NCBI GenBank assembly: GCA_963816185.1
Contig: CAWFJJ010000028.1
Location: 416,001-480,000, forward strand
Source of the DNA: Thermoanaerobaculia bacterium
GTDB taxonomy: Bacteria > Acidobacteriota > Thermoanaerobaculia > UBA5066
Reading direction: 5' to 3'
Length of the DNA stretch: 64,000 nucleotides
A program made the translations under genes and the position numbers. The notes under the pieces are model-generated. The model was not told the origin of the DNA. It saw only the letters and a list, made by a program, of their open reading frames with translations, and made no database searches. Positions 57,853 through 64,000 of this stretch are shown one piece after another. Positions within the stretch are counted from its first letter, which is position 1. Each line of letters starts with the position of its first letter.

Positions 57853-58614
57853 ATGATCATCACTGTTGCAAATCAGAAAGGCGGTGTGGGGAAGACCACG
57901 ACCGCGATCAACCTTGCCGCGGCGCTTGCGCAAAAGGGTCTCCGGACTCTCCTCATCGACCTCGATCCCCAGGGCAACTCGACGATGTCCTTTCTGGATC
58001 GCAAGGACGTGGAAAAGTCGATGTACGAGGTGCTCACGGATCCGAGCGCGTCGTTCTTCGACATCGTCAAAGAGACGAGCGTCCCGAAGCTCACGATCGC
58101 GCCCGCGCGCATCTCGCTCGCGAAGGTGGAGTCGAAGCTCCTCGGTGAGCTCGACGGGCATTTTCGGCTCAAGGACAAGCTTCAGGTCGTGCGAGAATCG
58201 GGAGAGTACGACGCGATCCTCATCGACACACCGCCTACGCTCGGCATGATCACGGTGAACGCGCTCGTCGCCTCGACACACATCCTGATCCCGATTCAAT
58301 CCTCTTATTTCGCACTCGAAGGCACCGACGACCTCCTCGAGACGATCGAGAAGATCAAGAACCGGCCCAATCCGAACCTCCAGATCTTGGGCGTCGTGAT
58401 CACGCTTCACGACAAGCGCACGACGCTCGGAAAAGACATCCAGAGTCAGATCAACCAGGTCTTCAAAGACAAGCTCTTCAAGACGACGATCTCGAAGTCC
58501 ATTCGGCTGGAGGAATCGCCGGCGTATCGAGAATCCATCTTCACATTCGCTCCGCGCTCGTCAGGCGCGCTCGAGTACTACAGCCTGACTGAGGAGATCC
58601 TGTCCCGTGTCTAA
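57853..58614 (+). CDS. parA: ParA/Soj family ATPase
   Basis: ANQKGGVGKTTT, IDLDPQGN, IDTPPTLG, ESP. Confidence 0.92.
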   Translation: MIITVANQKGGVGKTTTAINLAAALAQKGLRTLLIDLDPQGNSTMSFLDRKDVEKSMYEVLTDPSASFFDIVKETSVPKLTIAPARISLAKVESKLLGELDGHFRLKDKLQVVRESGEYDAILIDTPPTLGMITVNALVASTHILIPIQSSYFALEGTDDLLETIEKIKNRPNPNLQILGVVITLHDKRTTLGKDIQSQINQVFKDKLFKTTISKSIRLEESPAYRESIFTFAPRSSGALEYYSLTEEILSRV

Positions 58615-59503
58615 GCGCCGCGGTCTGCCGGAAACTTCGCGCATGCGTCACGACTCGCACTTCGTCGAGCAGCTCGTCCGCGCGGACGAGCTGCCGGTCG
58701 GACGTCGCATTCCGATCCACCTCATCGAGGCGAATCCCGATCAGCCGCGCAGCACGATGGGAGACCTTGCGGACCTGACGAGATCGATCGTGGATAAAGG
58801 CGTCCTCGAGCCGATCCTCGTGCGTCCCCGCGGTGACGGACGCTTCACGATCATCTCCGGCGAACGGCGCTTTCGCGCCGCGCTCGACGCGGGTCTCCCG
58901 GAAATTCCGTGCATCGAGATGGACGTCGCCGACAATGAGCTGCTCGAGATCGCGCTCGTCGAGAATCTCCAGCGCAGGGACCTGAGCCCTTTCGAGGAGG
59001 CCGACGGATATAGAGCTCTTCAGGAACGCCACGGATACACGCACGAACAGATCGCAGACGCCGTGGGGAAGTCGCGCGTGACGATCACCGAAGCGCTCTC
59101 CATCGCGCGGCTCCCCGAACGCGTGCAGGTTGAATGTCGGCGCGCCGACATCGGATCGCGGTCCTTCCTCCTCGAGCTCGGAAGACTCAAGGACGAAGAC
59201 CTCATGCTCGCCGCGGTCGTGGCGATGGCGAGCGGTGAGACCTTGAGCCGCGACGTCCTGCGGGAAGCGAAGAAGGACGCGCGCCGCGGCACGAGCTCGA
59301 AGCTAGGCGGAATGAAGAGGGCGTACACACTCGATTTCGCTCCGGAGGACAAGCGCTACAAGGTCAGCCTTGTTCTCAAGGGCCGCCTCCACAAGAAGGA
59401 CGAAATCCTCGAAGCGATCCGCGATGTCGCGCGCCGAATCGAAGCGGGGGACATCGACCTCGAGGCACAGGGTCGATTCGTGAAGGCGAAAGCAAAGAAG
59501 TAG
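58607..59503 (+). CDS. parB: ParB/Spo0J family protein
   Basis: NPDQPR, GVLEPILV, SGERRFRA CTP-binding motif, ENLQRRDL, HTH THEQIADAVGKSR. Confidence 0.9.
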   Translation: MSKRRGLPETSRMRHDSHFVEQLVRADELPVGRRIPIHLIEANPDQPRSTMGDLADLTRSIVDKGVLEPILVRPRGDGRFTIISGERRFRAALDAGLPEIPCIEMDVADNELLEIALVENLQRRDLSPFEEADGYRALQERHGYTHEQIADAVGKSRVTITEALSIARLPERVQVECRRADIGSRSFLLELGRLKDEDLMLAAVVAMASGETLSRDVLREAKKDARRGTSSKLGGMKRAYTLDFAPEDKRYKVSLVLKGRLHKKDEILEAIRDVARRIEAGDIDLEAQGRFVKAKAKK

Positions 59504-59589
59504 AGACGCCCGCTCGGAGCGCTCCTCTCCGCGCGCAGGGAAGCCTCCTTCTCGACCGCCCTCATTTCGTTAGGCACGGGCTCTCCAGA

Positions 59590-59617
59590 ATTTAACATAA
59601 TAAATATTATCGGACGT
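59590..59617 (-). other. dif: dif site (XerC/XerD chromosome dimer resolution)
   Basis: Minus strand reads ACGTCCGATAA TATTTA TTATGTTAAAT. The XerD arm is identical to that of E. coli dif and the layout is 11-6-11. Confidence 0.9.
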
Positions 59618-59688
59618 TGCGCATTGGCGCTGGAATCGGCCCGAAAAGAGCACAAGAGAATCTTCTTCTTCGTCTTACCATCGGTTCC

Positions 59689-61992
59689 GTGTTGCGGCGC
59701 GTGGATCGCTACGTCTTCCGCGAGGTTCTGGCGCCCACGTTCGTGGGCTTCCTCGCGTACACGGGCTTCATGGCCGTCCGGGGTCTCGTGCAGTTCTCGG
59801 AGCTGCTCGTGCAGAGCGAGCAGCCGTTCGTCGAGGCCGGCCTCGTCGTCGCCCTCTCGCTCCCGCACATCGTCGTCCTCACGCTTCCCATCGCGTTTCT
59901 CCTGGGGCTCCTCATCGGAATCGGACGGCTTTCAGCCGACTCCGAGCTGACCGCCCTTCGCGCCTCGGGCGTCGACCTGCTGTCCCTTTACAGACCGATC
60001 GCAATCCTCGCGGTCGCGATCGGCGCCGCGACGCTCGCGCTGATGCTCGGCGTCGTCCCGAGGACGAACCATCTCCTCTATGCGATGAAGCTCCGCCTCT
60101 CCAGCTTCGCGTTCGCCCAGCGCATCCAGCCGGGCGTCTTCAGCCCCGAGATCGCCGGATTCAGGGTTTACGCCGAGGGAGCTTCGCCCGACCGCCGGGA
60201 GCTCACGGGCCTCATCATCTCGGATCGCTCCAGCCCCGAGGGCGAAAGGCTGACGCTCGCAAAGCGAGGCTGGCTGGAGCTGGAGGAGGACCAGGGCCGG
60301 CTCTGGCTGCGCGTCGAGGACGCCGAGACCCATCACATGCAGGCGGGCGGCGCCCGATACGACATCACGTCCTTCTCGGAGCACCGCATGGTCCTCCAGG
60401 ACAACGGCCCGACCGGCGGCGTCACGGAAAAGCAGATCCGCGAGCAAACGCTGCGCGAGCTTCTCGAACGCGCCGCTGCCCGTACACGCCGGCCGGAGGA
60501 CCGCAGGCTCGCGCTCACGGAGGTCCACAAGAAGTTCGCTCTGCCGTCGGCGTGTCTCGTCTTCGGCCTCATCGGGCTGCCCCTCGGCATCGTCAACCGG
60601 CGCGGAGGGCGCGCGGCCGGGTTCGCCGTGTCCGTCGCGATCGTGCTTCTCTACTACGCCCTTCTCGCCACGGGCGAAGCGCGGGCGATCGAAGGCCGAA
60701 TGTCGCCGGCTCTCGCCATGTGGCTGCCAAACCTCATCCTTCTGGCGTTCGGCGCTTTCGCACTCGACCGCGTGCGGCGTGACAAGGAGATCTTCTCCTT
60801 TCCCATGAGCGCCGCCGCACCCGTCGCCGCGACCGCGACGCCGGCGTCCGGCCAGGCGCCCGTGGCCGAAAAGGGCCCGGGCCTCCCGGCCCGACGGGCT
60901 CCGTTTCCGGGCCTTCTCCTCATCGACCGCTACGTCGCACGGCGATTTCTCGGCACATTCGCCCTCGTCGTGACCTCGATCGCGACGCTCTACGTGCTGA
61001 TCGACTACCTCGAGATCTCCGACGACATCGCCCGCCATCGACCCCCGACGACTCTCATCCTGCGTTACTACCAGGCCTTCCTGTCTCCGATCATCCTAGA
61101 CATCGTGCCGTTCGCGTTTCTCGTGGCCGCGCTCGTGACCATCGCGAGCCTCGTACGCTCCGGCGAGACGACCGCACTTCTCGCGCACGGGGTCTCTCTC
61201 TATCGAACCACGGCTCCCCTTCTCGTGCTCGCCGTGGCGGCCGGAGCCGGACTCTTCGTTTTCGCCGAGCGCGTCGTTCCGGCGGCGGCTTCGGAATCCG
61301 ACCGAATCCGGTTCCTGCTCAAGGGACAGAAGCCTCCTCTCAGCGGGGCCGGCGGGGCCTGGTTCCGAGGCGACGGAGGACGCTTTCTCGCGGCGGACGC
61401 ATACGATCCCGCCTCTCGCGTCGCGAGCGGCGTCACGGTGCTTCAAATCGACCCCGCGAGATGGAGGCTCGTCTCACGCCACGACGCGACCCGGGCGCGC
61501 GTCGTGCCGGGCAAGGGCCTTCTCGCGGAAAGCGGTTGGATCCGGACGTTCTCGCCGGGCAACGTTCTGGCCATCCGGCGCGACGATCCGTTTTTGATCG
61601 AGGCGCCGGAGGCCGCCGCCGGCTTTGCCGCCGGACGGGCCGACCCGCGTCAAATGACGTTCCGTGAGCTCTCGCACTTCATCGACGTCCGTCGCAGGGC
61701 CGGGGCCGACACGGCGGCTCTTGCGACGGGTCTCCACCAGAAGACCGCGGTGGCGGCGTCCTCTCTTCTTCTCACGCTCATCGGACTCCCCTTCGCGTTC
61801 GCGTACGGAAAGCGCGGGGCCGTGGCGGGAGTCGGCGTCGCGCTTTTCCTCGGCCTGACGTATCTGTTCCTCTCCGCGCTTCTCGTCTCGTTCGGGCAGC
61901 AGGGCGCGATCCCGCCTTTCCTCGCTGCATGGGCCCCGAACATCTTCTTCGGTCTCGGCGCAGCGTGGGGATTGCTTGGAGTGAGAACGTAG
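59689..61992 (+). CDS. Fused LptF-LptG LPS export permease
   Basis: Two YjgP/Q units: RVDRYVFRE..GRLSADSELTALRASG and LIDRYVARRF..GETTALLAHG; both end in W.PN motifs. Confidence 0.9.
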   Translation: MLRRVDRYVFREVLAPTFVGFLAYTGFMAVRGLVQFSELLVQSEQPFVEAGLVVALSLPHIVVLTLPIAFLLGLLIGIGRLSADSELTALRASGVDLLSLYRPIAILAVAIGAATLALMLGVVPRTNHLLYAMKLRLSSFAFAQRIQPGVFSPEIAGFRVYAEGASPDRRELTGLIISDRSSPEGERLTLAKRGWLELEEDQGRLWLRVEDAETHHMQAGGARYDITSFSEHRMVLQDNGPTGGVTEKQIREQTLRELLERAAARTRRPEDRRLALTEVHKKFALPSACLVFGLIGLPLGIVNRRGGRAAGFAVSVAIVLLYYALLATGEARAIEGRMSPALAMWLPNLILLAFGAFALDRVRRDKEIFSFPMSAAAPVAATATPASGQAPVAEKGPGLPARRAPFPGLLLIDRYVARRFLGTFALVVTSIATLYVLIDYLEISDDIARHRPPTTLILRYYQAFLSPIILDIVPFAFLVAALVTIASLVRSGETTALLAHGVSLYRTTAPLLVLAVAAGAGLFVFAERVVPAAASESDRIRFLLKGQKPPLSGAGGAWFRGDGGRFLAADAYDPASRVASGVTVLQIDPARWRLVSRHDATRARVVPGKGLLAESGWIRTFSPGNVLAIRRDDPFLIEAPEAAAGFAAGRADPRQMTFRELSHFIDVRRRAGADTAALATGLHQKTAVAASSLLLTLIGLPFAFAYGKRGAVAGVGVALFLGLTYLFLSALLVSFGQQGAIPPFLAAWAPNIFFGLGAAWGLLGVRT

Positions 61993-61999
61993 GAACAAT

Positions 62000-62170
62000 T
62001 AGGAAGATAGGAGAAAGAGAAGACAGAGATTTTCTTAGAAGGTGCCCGTGCCGGGATGAACTGGCCGCGCCGCGCCGACAAGGCGGCCCGCGCCCCAACG
62101 CGGCCGGCGCTGGATGGGCGTTCCCCCTGCCCTATTACCTTCTAGGAAATCATCCTCTTTCTCTTCGGTC
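62000..62170. repeat. Inverted repeat pair between the convergent lptFG and ahcY genes
   Basis: TTCTTAGAA 62032 and TTCTAGGAA 62140 with a GC-rich spacer. Confidence 0.75.
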
Positions 62171-62177
62171 TCCCGTC

Positions 62178-63545
<1,368 letters not shown>

Positions 63546-63569
63546 TCAGGAAACATCAGTCAGCGAGCG

Positions 63570-64000
63570 TCAATCAGAGTGTCGGGTCCGAAGAGGACCC
63601 TTCTTCGAATGGTGAATAGGGCTGGGCGCCGCCGGGGCCTTGCTCGTCGGAGCCGGGCTTGCCGAAATCTCTTTCCTTCTAAGAAGATCTCTCGTGGTCT
63701 CTCGTCTTCGTCCGCCGTCCCGGACGGCGTCGACGATGTACGTGGCAAGAGCGACCTCCCCGGAGACCGTGGAGACCCGGTAGGGAGCAAATGCCGAGAA
63801 GCGCGCATCGGCGAAGCCTGCGCGCCCGAGGCCGCCGCGAATGGTCTCGCGCGGCAGTCCGAGGTGCTGCGCGCCGGTCACGGCGCGCAGCGCACGCAGG
63901 CCGTGGGGCTCGAGCTCGACGAGGACCACGCGACCGCCCGGCTTCATCGTGCGCCCGAGCTCCGCGAGCGCGTCCGCCGGCCGGACGAGATGCCGGAGAA
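63570..64000 (-). CDS. C-terminal part of a class I SAM methyltransferase domain (possibly an ArsR-methyltransferase regulator upstream of ahcY)
   Basis: ALAELGRTMKPGGRVVLVEL..HLGL..AGF; truncated by the window end. Confidence 0.65.
   Translation of the reverse strand, partial: LRHLVRPADALAELGRTMKPGGRVVLVELEPHGLRALRAVTGAQHLGLPRETIRGGLGRAGFADARFSAFAPYRVSTVSGEVALATYIVDAVRDGGRRRETTRDLLRRKEISASPAPTSKAPAAPSPIHHSKKGPLRTRHSD
63590..63712. repeat. Inverted repeat pair inside the 3' end of the methyltransferase gene
   Basis: TTCTTCGAA 63601 and TTCTAAGAA 63677. Confidence 0.7.

Noticed and set aside
57853-59617. parAB + dif as an integrated plasmid, pdif module or IMEX
   Set aside because: There is no rep, integrase, second dif or accessory cargo, and the flanks are core genes. 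It cannot be fully excluded without the whole genome.

Overview
A GC-rich bacterial chromosomal segment made up mostly of housekeeping genes, nearly all on the + strand. Gene order and LptF-LptG / LptC-LptA fusions suggest Acidobacteriota (inference). It carries an Opp-type ABC transporter, coaD, pabB/pabC-like genes, uvrC, an S53 peptidase, RNase P RNA, recG, trpS-scpA-scpB-rluB-cmk-rpsA-sppA-IHF/HU, lpxB-msbA-yicC-gmk-rpoZ-udg-priA, accA-recJ-lptC/A-lptB-rpoN-hpf-hprK-rapZ-PTS genes, miaB, parA-parB, lptFG and ahcY. The signals the gene list does not explain: (1) a canonical 28-bp Xer dif site (59590-59617) 86 bp after a Soj/ParB pair, implying a ParAB system at the replication terminus; (2) an AT-rich ~30-bp dispersed repeat (core TTCTTAGAA/TTCTAAGAA, 13 exact copies seen), mostly in inverted pairs around unrelated GC-rich spacers, both between and inside genes; (3) two inverted copies of a 79-nt perfect four-way-junction element with compensatory changes, flanking scpA-scpB; (4) a glycosyltransferase gene bracketed by a 67-bp duplication of the accA promoter and 5' end; (5) many apparent leaderless genes. 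Several frameshifts (oppA, S53 peptidase, trpS, lpxB) look like assembly indels. All calls come from reading the sequence; no searches were run.
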